A stretch of 63,022 nucleotides of DNA from a virus. Its lineage: Duplodnaviria; Caudoviricetes. The notes below the pieces were generated by a model that worked only from the letters and a program-made list of their open reading frames with translations, searched no databases and had not been told where the DNA came from. The position numbers and the translations under genes were made by a program. Shown one piece after another: positions 26,346 through 36,364 of the stretch (within the stretch, counting starts at the first letter, position 1; each line of letters opens with the position of its first letter). The stretch covers positions 1 through 63,022 of IMG/VR virus record IMGVR_UViG_3300031578_012080; one strand, 5' to 3'.

Positions 26346-27051
26346 TTATTATTAAATTATTTCTAACTTTAATGTCCGCAATAGTAATACCAACTGAATC
26401 GCCAATATCACTATTTATACCAGATTCTGTATAAATATTCATACTTATCTGGTCAAATCTTTCTTCCATTTTATAAATTATCTTTTTTAAATCTTTTCTA
26501 ATTAACTTTCTTGCTTCTGTCTTATTTATTCCATCTTTCCCCATTCTTATTTCGATATTTTCTTTTGATAAAGCATCTTCGTTTGTCTTCTCGATATCTG
26601 TGTAGACATCTGAGATCTTCTGTTTATATGAAGATAGTTTATCTTTACTCATCTTTTCGAATATCCTACATACCTCCAGTTGAACATCAGCTTTTTTAGC
26701 ATTTCCTCCAACACCAAGGATTTTTTTCCACTTTTTTGGTTCATAAATATTAGCTTCAATTTTACCATATTCATATGCTTTAAATAATATTATTCCACCA
26801 AATCTTGTCAATATTTTCATAGTTTTTCTATTATTCACAAAGATGGTTTCTTCAATTGCAATATTTTCAGGTTTAAGCTTAGCGAATATTCTTTCAAATT
26901 CATTTCCAAGCAAATAAAGTTTTTGAATATGACTCATTCCTCCATCTGGTTTTATTAAACCAAAATCAATTAATGTAAAATACCCTCTTTTAAAATCAAC
27001 TGCTGACCATCCTGTACTATTACTGGATATATCAATCCCTAAATATCTCAT
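26314..27051 (-). CDS. ruvC: RuvC-like Holliday junction resolvase with helical insertion
   Basis: YLGIDIS..STGWS, IAIEE, YEPKKWKK..G..GNAKK.DV, DIGDSVGI. Confidence 0.85.
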   Translation of the reverse strand: MRYLGIDISSNSTGWSAVDFKRGYFTLIDFGLIKPDGGMSHIQKLYLLGNEFERIFAKLKPENIAIEETIFVNNRKTMKILTRFGGIILFKAYEYGKIEANIYEPKKWKKILGVGGNAKKADVQLEVCRIFEKMSKDKLSSYKQKISDVYTDIEKTNEDALSKENIEIRMGKDGINKTEARKLIRKDLKKIIYKMEERFDQISMNIYTESGINSDIGDSVGITIADIKVRNNLIINEEKDDKKEK

Positions 27052-28244
27052 TGTTGTTTTTCTTCTTTCTCTTCTTTCTCTTTTCTTTCTTTTGCTTTTG
27101 CAATTTTTTCTTTCTCAGAATCCATCATACCATCATCTTCAATATAAAATTCTCCTTCATCTATATATTTTTGAATCATATCTTTGATATGGGGATGTTG
27201 TGCAATAACTTCTGGAAATTCTTTCTTTCTAAAATTTTTTATATTTTCATCAACTAATTCTCTTGTTCCAGGTTTTACTACATTATAATACCCTCTTTTT
27301 ACATTATCAATTATTCCATTTAATTCACCAACACCAAACATTTCATCATCATTGTCTATTCCTGATCCATCATAGTTTATTTTGAATTCAATTGCATCTG
27401 CAGGCAACGAACCAGCTTTATTCTTTTCAAATTTTAATCTTGTTCTATGTGATACTATCTTTCCTCTATCATCTCTTTCTTCTGATTCCCAAACTTTTGC
27501 AACTCTTAATACAATTGTTGCATAAAATGGAAGTGCATTGCCTCCCGTGCGTGTTTCAGGACTGCCAAACATTTTATTTGGATCAGCACGAATTTGGTTA
27601 ATGAAAAACATAATAGTTGGTGATTGTGCTGTTACCATTGCTGATGTTGTTTTCTTTAATCCTTGAGACATAGCAGATGCTAATGATGCCATTCTTAAAC
27701 TTTGATCCATTTTCTTATGAACCATTTCAAGAGGAACTAATTGAGTAACCGAATCAATCATAATAACACCAAAATTACCAGGCTTATTGATTTTTTTCAC
27801 ATATCCATTTTCATCAAGATCAACATCCCCTAAAATAGCCATTTCCATAATATCAAATGCTTCTTCAGCTGAAGAAACAGGTTTTACAAACAATCTTTCA
27901 ACATCAACACCAAGATCTCTTGCCCATCTTGCTTGAAATTTGAACTGATTTTCAGCATCAATTATAAGATGTTCTCTTTCAGGGTGTTTTCTTTGTGAAG
28001 CGGCAATTGCGAGATATCCCATTAATGTTTTGCCTGAATGTTGAGGACCATAAGCTTCTATTGTTGAACCTTCTGGCCATCCTTTACATTCTCCAATTGC
28101 TTCATCAAGAAGTAATGATCCAGTTGGTACAGCAGGTTGTATATTTAATATTGATTTTCCAGCTCTTTCCCATTTTCCACCAAATTTTTCTTCTATTCTT
28201 TCTGATGCCGTCATAGGAATACTTTGTTTTTTCTTTTTTGCCAT
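27048..28244 (-). CDS. recA: RecA recombinase
   Basis: PTGSLLLD.AIG, YGPQHSGKT, IDAE, IDSV, FINQIR, GGNALPFYA, KNK. Confidence 0.95.
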   Translation of the reverse strand: MAKKKKQSIPMTASERIEEKFGGKWERAGKSILNIQPAVPTGSLLLDEAIGECKGWPEGSTIEAYGPQHSGKTLMGYLAIAASQRKHPEREHLIIDAENQFKFQARWARDLGVDVERLFVKPVSSAEEAFDIMEMAILGDVDLDENGYVKKINKPGNFGVIMIDSVTQLVPLEMVHKKMDQSLRMASLASAMSQGLKKTTSAMVTAQSPTIMFFINQIRADPNKMFGSPETRTGGNALPFYATIVLRVAKVWESEERDDRGKIVSHRTRLKFEKNKAGSLPADAIEFKINYDGSGIDNDDEMFGVGELNGIIDNVKRGYYNVVKPGTRELVDENIKNFRKKEFPEVIAQHPHIKDMIQKYIDEGEFYIEDDGMMDSEKEKIAKAKERKEKEEKEEKQQ

Positions 28245-28258
28245 GAATCTACCCCTTT

Positions 28259-28292
28259 AAAAAAAATGGACAGAGAGTTACTCTATCCATTT
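28259..28292 (-). terminator. intrinsic terminator between gp32-like ssb and recA
   Basis: ATGGATAGAG-TAACT-CTCTGTCCAT 10-bp stem (one G-U pair) followed by a T run. Confidence 0.75.
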
Positions 28293-28317
28293 CATATGTT
28301 AATTGTTTAAATCATTT

Positions 28318-29649
28318 TTAAAATGGTACATTGCGACGACGACGTCTTGTTGTTCCATTACCTTCACTCTTTTCATCTTCTTTCTTATCGTCTTCTTTCT
28401 TTTCATCTTTTTTATCTTCTTTTTCTGTTTCCTTTTCAGCTTTTTTTGCTTCTTTTGCTGCCTTCTCCTTTTCTTCTTTCTCCTTCTTTTCTTTTTCTTC
28501 TGCTTCTTTAATTGCTTTTTCTACATCGGCATTAATTAATTCAATTGTTCTTTCACTATACGGTTTAACAGCAATATTAAGTTTAACAGCTTTATTATAG
28601 ATAGGTTGAAATTTTATACATTTTTCTTTTACTGGGCATGGATCATCTTCAGCATTACAACCTTTGTCATCTGCAGTAAACTGACCTTTGCATTCATATT
28701 CATTAATATCGCTTTCATCAGTTCCTTCTTGTTCTTCTTTTGGTTCGTCCTTTTGTACAGTTACTTCTTCTTTATCACTTTTAGTATTTTCCTTAGCAGG
28801 TTTTTCTTCTTCTTTATCTTTTTTTTCTAATTCTTCGGTGTTGACACTTTCATCATCTGGTTTTTTCTTAATGTTTGCATCTTCGATATCATCAGGATCA
28901 ACCATTTTCAATATATCATCAAATGGTTTTTTAGCAGTGGTTAACACTTCAATAATATCCTTTATTGTTGAAGGTCTTTTCAGTGCTTCAAGATCATAAC
29001 CATGATCGATTGCTTTTATTTCTTCTTCAGATAATGGTGATGCATTTCTGTCAGGAACAACAGTATAATTTCTTCTTTTTCCTTCACCATCAGTTTTAAT
29101 TTCAAAATCATAACCTTTTTTAATGTCTGATGGATTCCCCCATTTTGGATTTTTGGCGTATTCAAATATAGTTTTCCAAATTGAAGAAGGAGCAGTCATT
29201 CTTTTGGGTGCAATAACCTTAGGATCATCTTTTTTGTTTTTATCCAGTTTCTGTTCCATTTCGTCACGATCAAAAATGTTCATATCGTATCTTGGTGCAC
29301 CACCGCTGATTTCACTTATTTTTGCAACAAGTGCCACAACTTCAGGACTCTTATCCGTCATATCTTCTTCTTCTTTAAGTCTGTTAACCTCAGTCCAAAG
29401 TTCTCCAACATATTCACAAACAACACATTTGTCTTCAATACCATGTGTTATTGGACGGCCTTTTGCACTGTTGTTCTGGGGAATCCAATGTTGTTTGTAA
29501 CCAAAAAATGGAAATTTACTGGTATCTTTGTTTGGAATAAGTCTGATATTATGGGTTGCATTATCTGAAAACTTCATTTGTCTCACATCTTCATACGTCT
29601 TTTTTTCTCGCTTTTCTGCTTCTGTGGCCCAAGGATTTTCTTTTGTCAT
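28318..29649 (-). CDS. T4 gp32-like single-stranded DNA-binding protein with long charged tail
   Basis: IRLIP, KQHWI, CVVCE, NIFDR, GYDFEIKT.G.G..RNYTV; AAGGAGG RBS; sits between UvsY-like and recA. Confidence 0.75.
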   Translation of the reverse strand: MTKENPWATEAEKREKKTYEDVRQMKFSDNATHNIRLIPNKDTSKFPFFGYKQHWIPQNNSAKGRPITHGIEDKCVVCEYVGELWTEVNRLKEEEDMTDKSPEVVALVAKISEISGGAPRYDMNIFDRDEMEQKLDKNKKDDPKVIAPKRMTAPSSIWKTIFEYAKNPKWGNPSDIKKGYDFEIKTDGEGKRRNYTVVPDRNASPLSEEEIKAIDHGYDLEALKRPSTIKDIIEVLTTAKKPFDDILKMVDPDDIEDANIKKKPDDESVNTEELEKKDKEEEKPAKENTKSDKEEVTVQKDEPKEEQEGTDESDINEYECKGQFTADDKGCNAEDDPCPVKEKCIKFQPIYNKAVKLNIAVKPYSERTIELINADVEKAIKEAEEKEKKEKEEKEKAAKEAKKAEKETEKEDKKDEKKEDDKKEDEKSEGNGTTRRRRRNVPF

Positions 29650-29710
29650 CTTCTATTCCTCCTTAACATAAAAATTTATTAATTATTTTACTTTTAAATA
29701 TACAAAACTA

Positions 29711-30352
29711 CTAAGTTGGCCATCCTCCGTTTTCGCTAATATCCATTTTATATTCTTTTTCTACGCTTTTTTTACTATCTTTTTTATCAATTACATTATA
29801 AGTTTTACTGGATCCAACCCGTTTATTTCCTGCTAAAATTTCTGCTTCCCATTTCATCATAGAAGCAATATTAATTATCTTCTCCCCTTTCTCTCCAAGC
29901 CCATTGGCGATGGCCAATATATTTTTCATATCTCTTTTTGCTTCAGCTATTTCTTGTGATATACTTTCATATTCGTCATCGGATTTCAAAGTATCTTCAA
30001 CAAGTTTATCTGTAACCCTAATTTTTTCTTCTTTCGCAATCTTGTTTAATTCATCTCTGTATTCACGTCCTTTTTTAGCAATCCAAACTTCAAATTTTGT
30101 TTTCAACATATCATGTTCGTAAACTGCCTGATTATATAATGCATTCCACCTTGCATGCAAAGATGGATTTTCTGACATTATTTTTGAAATTATTGCAGGA
30201 TTGAGGTTATTAATTGTTGGAATATATAAAGCTTCATCTATATCTTGATTTATTATATCCTGCCCAATTCTAACACTCACAGTAATTGAAAATTCACTGT
30301 CATTAACTTCTTCTGAATTTACAGATTTAACTGCTTTTTTTCTATTTATCAT
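29711..30352 (-). CDS. UvsY-like recombination mediator
   Basis: Helical protein with P.LHARW and RVTDKLVE..LKSD.EY; upstream of gp32-like ssb and recA. Confidence 0.55.
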   Translation of the reverse strand: MINRKKAVKSVNSEEVNDSEFSITVSVRIGQDIINQDIDEALYIPTINNLNPAIISKIMSENPSLHARWNALYNQAVYEHDMLKTKFEVWIAKKGREYRDELNKIAKEEKIRVTDKLVEDTLKSDDEYESISQEIAEAKRDMKNILAIANGLGEKGEKIINIASMMKWEAEILAGNKRVGSSKTYNVIDKKDSKKSVEKEYKMDISENGGWPT

Positions 30353-31010
30353 ATTTTTTTACTTTTATTGAAAAACCATAAAAATCAAATACTTTTTTTA
30401 ATCTTTTTGAAATTTTATATTCGTCAATATTACCTCTTAGTTCGTCTATAAAAGATTTCATAGGCACAAATCTAATTGTCTTCTTTTTTTTATAATTTCT
30501 ATCTTTTCCAAATAAATGTGTTTGTGAACATTCAAAAAAATCGGAATAGAAAATACCTATATTTTTAAGTTTTATTATTTCATTATCCAATATTTCTTGA
30601 ATAATTCCTTCAATAAATAAATTGAATAAATATTTTGAATCAAGTTTTTTTAATTTTAGAAATTTTCTAGCATAAACAAATATTTCTTTGTGGTTTGTTT
30701 TTTCTGAATATAAACCCTTTGTTTTTCTATTTTTAAATTCTACTTCATTATTAATAAATTGTTTAAAAGTTCTGGACCCATAAAATCTAGGATTATAGAA
30801 AAACCTTTCATTTCTCTTTATATATAATTTTCCAAATAGCAATATATTAATATATTCTTTTTCTATTGTAATTTTTCTTAAAAAATAAATAAAATAATCT
30901 AAGATAAGATATATTTGTGGGATTTTTAATGATGTTCTTTCTTTGAATCTATTTAAAATGTTTTCGCAGTATCCATATTTATAAGCTATTCTATGAAATC
31001 TTGCTTCCAC
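30342..31010 (-). CDS. tandem HU/IHF-like DNA-binding protein
   Basis: Two HU-like units: INILLFGKLY...PRF..S.TFK and IIKLKNIGIFY...KKKKTIRFVPMKSF. Confidence 0.6.
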   Translation of the reverse strand: MEARFHRIAYKYGYCENILNRFKERTSLKIPQIYLILDYFIYFLRKITIEKEYINILLFGKLYIKRNERFFYNPRFYGSRTFKQFINNEVEFKNRKTKGLYSEKTNHKEIFVYARKFLKLKKLDSKYLFNLFIEGIIQEILDNEIIKLKNIGIFYSDFFECSQTHLFGKDRNYKKKKTIRFVPMKSFIDELRGNIDEYKISKRLKKVFDFYGFSIKVKKYDK

Positions 31011-31867
31011 TGACTGATATTCCTAATAAATGATTTAAATTCTAGTTGTTCAAATAATTCTTCGAGAGCATCAAAATCATTTTCTTTATCATTCTCAAGA
31101 CTAAAAAATAAATCAATATTTTCGTTAAGGGTAACTAATTTTCTTGCTAGTTTAATTATATTAATATTACCCCTAATTTTTTCCTTTATTTTATCACTAG
31201 CTCCTTTAATTCCATCAATATCTGCCAACATTGCATCCACTGTTCCATTTAGAGATATCAATTTTGAAGCAGTTTTATTACCAACTCCTGGCACACCTGG
31301 AATATTATCTTTATTATCACCTGTCAATGATAAGAAATCAACAACTTGATCAGGTCTTATAGAAAATTCTTTCATTAACCAATCAACATCAATATACTCA
31401 TGACTGGTTGATCTTGTAATTTTTAAAAGCTTAATATGAGGAGAAATAAGTTGTTGAAAATCATGATCAGCACTTATAATAATAACTTTTTGCCCTTTTT
31501 TCCTTGCTTTTCTAGTTAATGTTGCAACAATATCATCACCTTCAACATCATCAATTTTATATTGTCTTACAAGTTTAAAACATTTAACAATAGTCTGAGT
31601 CATTTGTATTTGTTCATGATAACCAGATTGAAAACCCGTTCGGTTTGCTTTATAATCAGGAAAGATATCTCTTCTAGCTTTATTACCTCCATCCCAACCT
31701 ACAAATATGTAATTTTCTTCTGATTTAAACTGTCTAACAAATGATCTCAATGAATTCAGAAATCCATAAATTCCCTGAGTTTCTTGACCACTACTTGTAC
31801 AAAGTGGTTTCACACCAAAATAACATCTGGCAAAAAGATGATTTCCATCAATTATTATAACCATCAC
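30986..31867 (-). CDS. 5'-3' exonuclease / flap endonuclease (Pol I N-terminal, T4 RNase H-like)
   Basis: IIDGN, YKANR, EGDD, SADHDF.QL, GDNKDNIPGVPGVG.KTA. Confidence 0.92.
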   Translation of the reverse strand: MMVIIIDGNHLFARCYFGVKPLCTSSGQETQGIYGFLNSLRSFVRQFKSEENYIFVGWDGGNKARRDIFPDYKANRTGFQSGYHEQIQMTQTIVKCFKLVRQYKIDDVEGDDIVATLTRKARKKGQKVIIISADHDFQQLISPHIKLLKITRSTSHEYIDVDWLMKEFSIRPDQVVDFLSLTGDNKDNIPGVPGVGNKTASKLISLNGTVDAMLADIDGIKGASDKIKEKIRGNINIIKLARKLVTLNENIDLFFSLENDKENDFDALEELFEQLEFKSFIRNISQWKQDFIE

Positions 31868-32040
31868 ATCATCCTGTTAAATTCTGTTAATACTTCATCA
31901 ATTGTAGTTATTTTTTCACTATCAATTTTTTTAAATATTATATTTTTCTGTCTTTTAGCTTCTTTTCTGTTCATTGAATCTTCAGGCATTTCACTATAAG
32001 CAAAATCAACAACTTCTTTTAATTCTTTTTTATCAATCAT
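31864..32040 (-). CDS. 58-aa hypothetical protein (not in ORF track)
   Basis: MIDKKELKEVVDFAYSEMPEDSMNRK...NRMM*; fills the gap and overlaps the exonuclease start. Confidence 0.6.
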   Translation of the reverse strand: MIDKKELKEVVDFAYSEMPEDSMNRKEAKRQKNIIFKKIDSEKITTIDEVLTEFNRMM

Positions 32041-32046
32041 TTGATA

Positions 32047-33645
32047 TCAGTTTTTTATTGAATTTAAAAAATATTCTGGAAATAAATTCTTATTTTTCAT
32101 TATAAACCAATTTATTCCACTATCCATTATATACGTAGTACATTCATCTTCTTTATGTCGTACACCTCTACCAGCAGCTTGAACTAAAATTAATGCAGCT
32201 TTCCACACATACCAATCATAATCAATTTCCATTCTTCTTTTTATTTGTTTATCCCCAAGAAAAAGATATGGTATTTTTACAATAACAACAAATCGAGCAA
32301 GATCATCTTTGAGATCAATTCCTTCATACATAGATGGACTCATTAAAACTCTTGGCCCATCTGATCTCATAAAACTACTTAATACTTGATCTCTATTTTT
32401 ATCATCATGAAACATTAATCTTCTTCTAGCTTGTGCATTCAAATTTAATCTTATATAATTAGAAATTTTATATGTATGTGTAAATATTAATCCTTTATCT
32501 CCATCATGATGATCCAGAATCTTATGGACATCATTAACAATATTAGGTAATGTTGAATTAATACTTGCAAGATTCATTTTACCAGTATTTGTCAAATAAA
32601 TTGGTCTAATACTAACAGGAAATGTTGATGGATTTTGAATAAATTTTGTTTTATCTATTGATATTCCCAAACTTCTACAAAAATTATCTTTATCCAATAT
32701 TGTTGCAGACATCAAAATCTTTTTATCACAATATTGAAATAAAAAATCTCTTGCAAAATATGAAATAGTAAGCGGTTTAAAGACAATGATTTTTCTTTTT
32801 AATTTTTCATTCGTTGTAATGTCAAAAATCCATTCAGTATGATTATAACTATCTAAAAAATTATTAACTCTATCTCTTTGTCTATCAAGTCCATCCAGTT
32901 CTTTTTTTATTTCTTTTATTCTCTCTTCATGTGCATGATAATCATCTTTTATTTCTTCAAGTTCTTTTGCAAGAATACCAATTAACTCATTTACTTTACT
33001 AAGAACTTTATTCATCCAAGGAATATATTCAGCTACTGTTTTATAAGTTGGTATTTTTGAAGTAACTCCTAGTCTTGAAAGATAGAATGTTGAAAAACTA
33101 AATTCAATAAATCCCATTAATATTTTTTCAACATTATGGGCTTCATCTAAAATTAATAATCTTCGATCTTTAAAAACAGTTGTATAATTCATTACATTAA
33201 GAAAATAAGTATAATTCATTAATGCAATTTTAGAATTTATTGCTTCTCTTTTTGCTATTTCATAAGTACATTGTCCTCTCACGGGACATTTTCCAATTAA
33301 ACAAAATCCATTATCACATGTTTCTCTATTATCTAGAAACACACATGGATAATTATTTTTGCCTTTTAATATTTTAATATCATTAGAAGCATAATCAACT
33401 TCATATTGTGTTTGAAGAATTTTTTGTGATGTTAGAAGATATCCTTTATTGTAGTATAATCCTGCGGTAAGTCCTATTGCACTTTTGCCTGAGCCAGTAG
33501 GGCTTTCTAAAATAACATATTCATAACCTGCTTTGAAATAATCTCTTATCTCTTGTATGGTTTGTTTTTGGTACTGTCTATAATCATCATGTGGAAAAAA
33601 TTCCAAAATATCATGAGTTGGTTCCCAAATATCATGTTCATTCAT
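32047..33645 (-). CDS. dinG: DinG/Rad3-family SF2 helicase
   Basis: R.YQ, SPTGSGKS, LKGKNNYPC plus Cys cluster, DEAH, MSAT, EGIDL, QAAGRGVR. Confidence 0.9.
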   Translation of the reverse strand: MNEHDIWEPTHDILEFFPHDDYRQYQKQTIQEIRDYFKAGYEYVILESPTGSGKSAIGLTAGLYYNKGYLLTSQKILQTQYEVDYASNDIKILKGKNNYPCVFLDNRETCDNGFCLIGKCPVRGQCTYEIAKREAINSKIALMNYTYFLNVMNYTTVFKDRRLLILDEAHNVEKILMGFIEFSFSTFYLSRLGVTSKIPTYKTVAEYIPWMNKVLSKVNELIGILAKELEEIKDDYHAHEERIKEIKKELDGLDRQRDRVNNFLDSYNHTEWIFDITTNEKLKRKIIVFKPLTISYFARDFLFQYCDKKILMSATILDKDNFCRSLGISIDKTKFIQNPSTFPVSIRPIYLTNTGKMNLASINSTLPNIVNDVHKILDHHDGDKGLIFTHTYKISNYIRLNLNAQARRRLMFHDDKNRDQVLSSFMRSDGPRVLMSPSMYEGIDLKDDLARFVVIVKIPYLFLGDKQIKRRMEIDYDWYVWKAALILVQAAGRGVRHKEDECTTYIMDSGINWFIMKNKNLFPEYFLNSIKN

Positions 33646-33667
33646 AAATAAAAATATCCTCTATCAT

Positions 33668-34198
33668 CTATGCATAATCTAATTGACTGATTTTTACTTT
33701 TATAATTTTTTGAAAAAACGGTGGTAATATTTTTGCATATCCATTTCCAATATTTGCATCAACTACTGTTCCTTTTATACAAACTAATCCTCCTTGTTTT
33801 ATAACTACTTCATCTCCAACATTATATACACGCTCATGTTCACATATAATTATATCATCCATATCGAGATAAGCTTTCAAAATCGCCATTTCATCGTCTT
33901 TTGCAATTCCTATATACTCGATAATATTATTTATATCAAGGAGTTTTGAATAATTTTTATCTTTCAATCTTATAAATAAATAACTCGCAAATAATTCATG
34001 CCTTTCTTTTAATTGTAATTTTTTATTTTTTACTTCTCCTATATCTTCTTCAATCATCTCAATTATTTTTTTATTATAATTGGGAATAAACAATTCATCA
34101 ATATTTATTTCTACACCTATCTTATCAACTTCTTCTTTAATTTTAACTTCTTTTCCTAAATAATATGTGAAAACAAACCAGATATTAGTTTGATGCAT
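33668..34198 (-). CDS. nusG: NusG/RfaH-family transcription antitermination factor
   Basis: WFVF...GKE, LFIP, LFASYLFI (NGN domain) and VGDEVVIKQG.....GTV (KOW); ATG 34198 with AAGGA RBS. Confidence 0.75.
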   Translation of the reverse strand: MHQTNIWFVFTYYLGKEVKIKEEVDKIGVEINIDELFIPNYNKKIIEMIEEDIGEVKNKKLQLKERHELFASYLFIRLKDKNYSKLLDINNIIEYIGIAKDDEMAILKAYLDMDDIIICEHERVYNVGDEVVIKQGGLVCIKGTVVDANIGNGYAKILPPFFQKIIKVKISQLDYA

Positions 34199-34220
34199 TA
34201 TACTATCCTTTGTATAATTA

Positions 34221-35150
34221 TTATTTAAAAAAGACTTCATCGACAGTAAGATCAAATTTACTTTTCAATTCTTTTTTTGCAAAATCATGCAACTTATATT
34301 TTATCTTTGTAATTTGACCTCTTGATCTATTAAATTTTTTTGATAACAATCCATCATTTTTAATTCCCCAAAAAGAATAATTAATTATATCTTTAAACAT
34401 CATTTTTTCAAATTCTTCGACAAAAATCTTTTTTAATTCAATAAATTTCTTATGAGTAATCTTATGTTTATCTGCTACGTATTCCAAAACCTCTTTGGTG
34501 TTGGCTTTCATTTTAATTATATTTAGTAAATCTTTAATCAATTCTTCAGGAATTTCCATATCAGTTAAAGCTAATTTTTTATTAATATGTTCAACAATTA
34601 CACGCTGAAAATATATAGTTTCTTTGTTATCCTCTTTACGTCTTGTTTGCAATTTTCCAACTGCTTGTTGTGAGATTACTTCTTCATATTTCATATGCTC
34701 GCCATAAAGATTATTGATCTCAATATTATACATATTAGAAGATGTTTTTCGTTTTATTTTCTCATATCTTTTAAATAAAATATTCATTGATGTTTTCAAT
34801 GTATCCCATGTATACGTAGAAAAACACCAATTAACATCAGGATCAAACCACTTTTCTAATTCAATGTGTAAATGAGTACATGCTTCTTGATATAAGTCAT
34901 TCTCCGATAACATATTATACTTTCTTAAGCGGTTTGAATTTTGTTGTATAAAGTTGTGAATTATTTGATGCCATGTTGCACCGCCGCAACCCCTTTCAAA
35001 TAGAATTATTTTAAACACTTTGTTTTTAATTTTTTGGTCTTCTGTACTTCTGTAGATTCTAACGAGATCTTTTTCGCACAAGTCACGTAAGACATCAATT
35101 CTAGGATTCGTGATAACATATTCGATGGTATATCTGGAATGGGCTAGCAT
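34221..35150 (-). CDS. RNA polymerase sigma factor (sigma-70 family, divergent)
   Basis: DLYQEA......KWFDP....FSTY (region 2) and LSKKFNRSRGQITKI (region 4 HTH). Confidence 0.75.
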   Translation of the reverse strand: MLAHSRYTIEYVITNPRIDVLRDLCEKDLVRIYRSTEDQKIKNKVFKIILFERGCGGATWHQIIHNFIQQNSNRLRKYNMLSENDLYQEACTHLHIELEKWFDPDVNWCFSTYTWDTLKTSMNILFKRYEKIKRKTSSNMYNIEINNLYGEHMKYEEVISQQAVGKLQTRRKEDNKETIYFQRVIVEHINKKLALTDMEIPEELIKDLLNIIKMKANTKEVLEYVADKHKITHKKFIELKKIFVEEFEKMMFKDIINYSFWGIKNDGLLSKKFNRSRGQITKIKYKLHDFAKKELKSKFDLTVDEVFFK

Positions 35151-35221
35151 CCTGACATCCTTTCTAGTTAGAGAGTTTTTAATATTATAATTATTGTTTT
35201 ATCATGTTTCTCCTGTAAATT

Positions 35222-36364
35222 TTAAAAAAACTTTTCAAGTTTAAAATAATTATTTTTCTGTGAAAATGCATCATTAATTTCTTTTTTTATACAATCATCT
35301 GGATCTTTGCCTTGAGGAAGAAGAATATTAGAAACACATATATCTTCTAGACACTCCAGGATTTTTTTTGCTGCATCTTGACCAGGATTCTTTTTCTTTC
35401 CATTGACATCAATCTTCATATCGTTATCCAGTAAAATATCGATGGCATTAAAATTCTTAATTAGAAGTTTTATTCTATACGGATTTATATGACAACTTAA
35501 TGCCGCAACGGCATTATATCCAAAGTTAATTAATTTTATCGCATCGAACACTCCTTCACAGATTATCACGTAGTCCTTTTTTACTGCTTTGTCCCAATTA
35601 AAAAATATTTTTAATAAAGGTGCACCGAACGGATATAATATTTTTTTAACTTCATATTTTTTTCTTAATTCTTTAATTTGATCTTTTGTATAATTTCCTG
35701 CTTTTATTTGGTCTTTTATTTTTTTCCATAAATCAGATCTTCCTGACATATCTCTTGCTGCAAATGTAGCTAATTTGTTTTCAAAATAAACTGGTATTAT
35801 TAATCTATCTCTATATTTCTCATCATATGTAGATTTTGGATCATGACAATACATCATTTTCCATTTTTTTATATTCTTTAAACTTACTCTAAATTTTATT
35901 TTAGATAGATACTTTTCAGCTGGTTCAAAACATTGAGGATATTTTATTTCTTTAACTTCTTTTTCATCTTCCTCTGTATCACAAGGTCTTTTATATGCCA
36001 GCATTTCTTCATACGAACGACCTATTTTGTCAAATACATCTTCTGCTTTTTCTTCTCCAATTCCAACTTTTATTTTTATAAATTTAATTGTTTCCATTAT
36101 GTTTGGTAATTTTTCCATCTTTTTTACAAATGTGAAAAGATTACCACCACCACATACAAAACAATTATAAACACCATCTTTTTCCCTAATAGAAAATGAC
36201 GGACTTAAATCATCATGATCTGGAAATGGACAACAACATTGAAATTCTCTTCCTTTATGACCATGATATTCAGAATAATCAATATCATATTCATCTAAGA
36301 TTCTTATTAAATCAATTTTTTTATAGATTTCTCTATATAATTTTTTAAAATCAATATCACTCAT
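35222..36364 (-). CDS. dnaG: DNA primase
   Basis: CPFPDHDD.SPSF, CFVC, RLIIP, ICEGVFDA, LDND, KDPDD. Confidence 0.92.
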   Translation of the reverse strand: MSDIDFKKLYREIYKKIDLIRILDEYDIDYSEYHGHKGREFQCCCPFPDHDDLSPSFSIREKDGVYNCFVCGGGNLFTFVKKMEKLPNIMETIKFIKIKVGIGEEKAEDVFDKIGRSYEEMLAYKRPCDTEEDEKEVKEIKYPQCFEPAEKYLSKIKFRVSLKNIKKWKMMYCHDPKSTYDEKYRDRLIIPVYFENKLATFAARDMSGRSDLWKKIKDQIKAGNYTKDQIKELRKKYEVKKILYPFGAPLLKIFFNWDKAVKKDYVIICEGVFDAIKLINFGYNAVAALSCHINPYRIKLLIKNFNAIDILLDNDMKIDVNGKKKNPGQDAAKKILECLEDICVSNILLPQGKDPDDCIKKEINDAFSQKNNYFKLEKFF

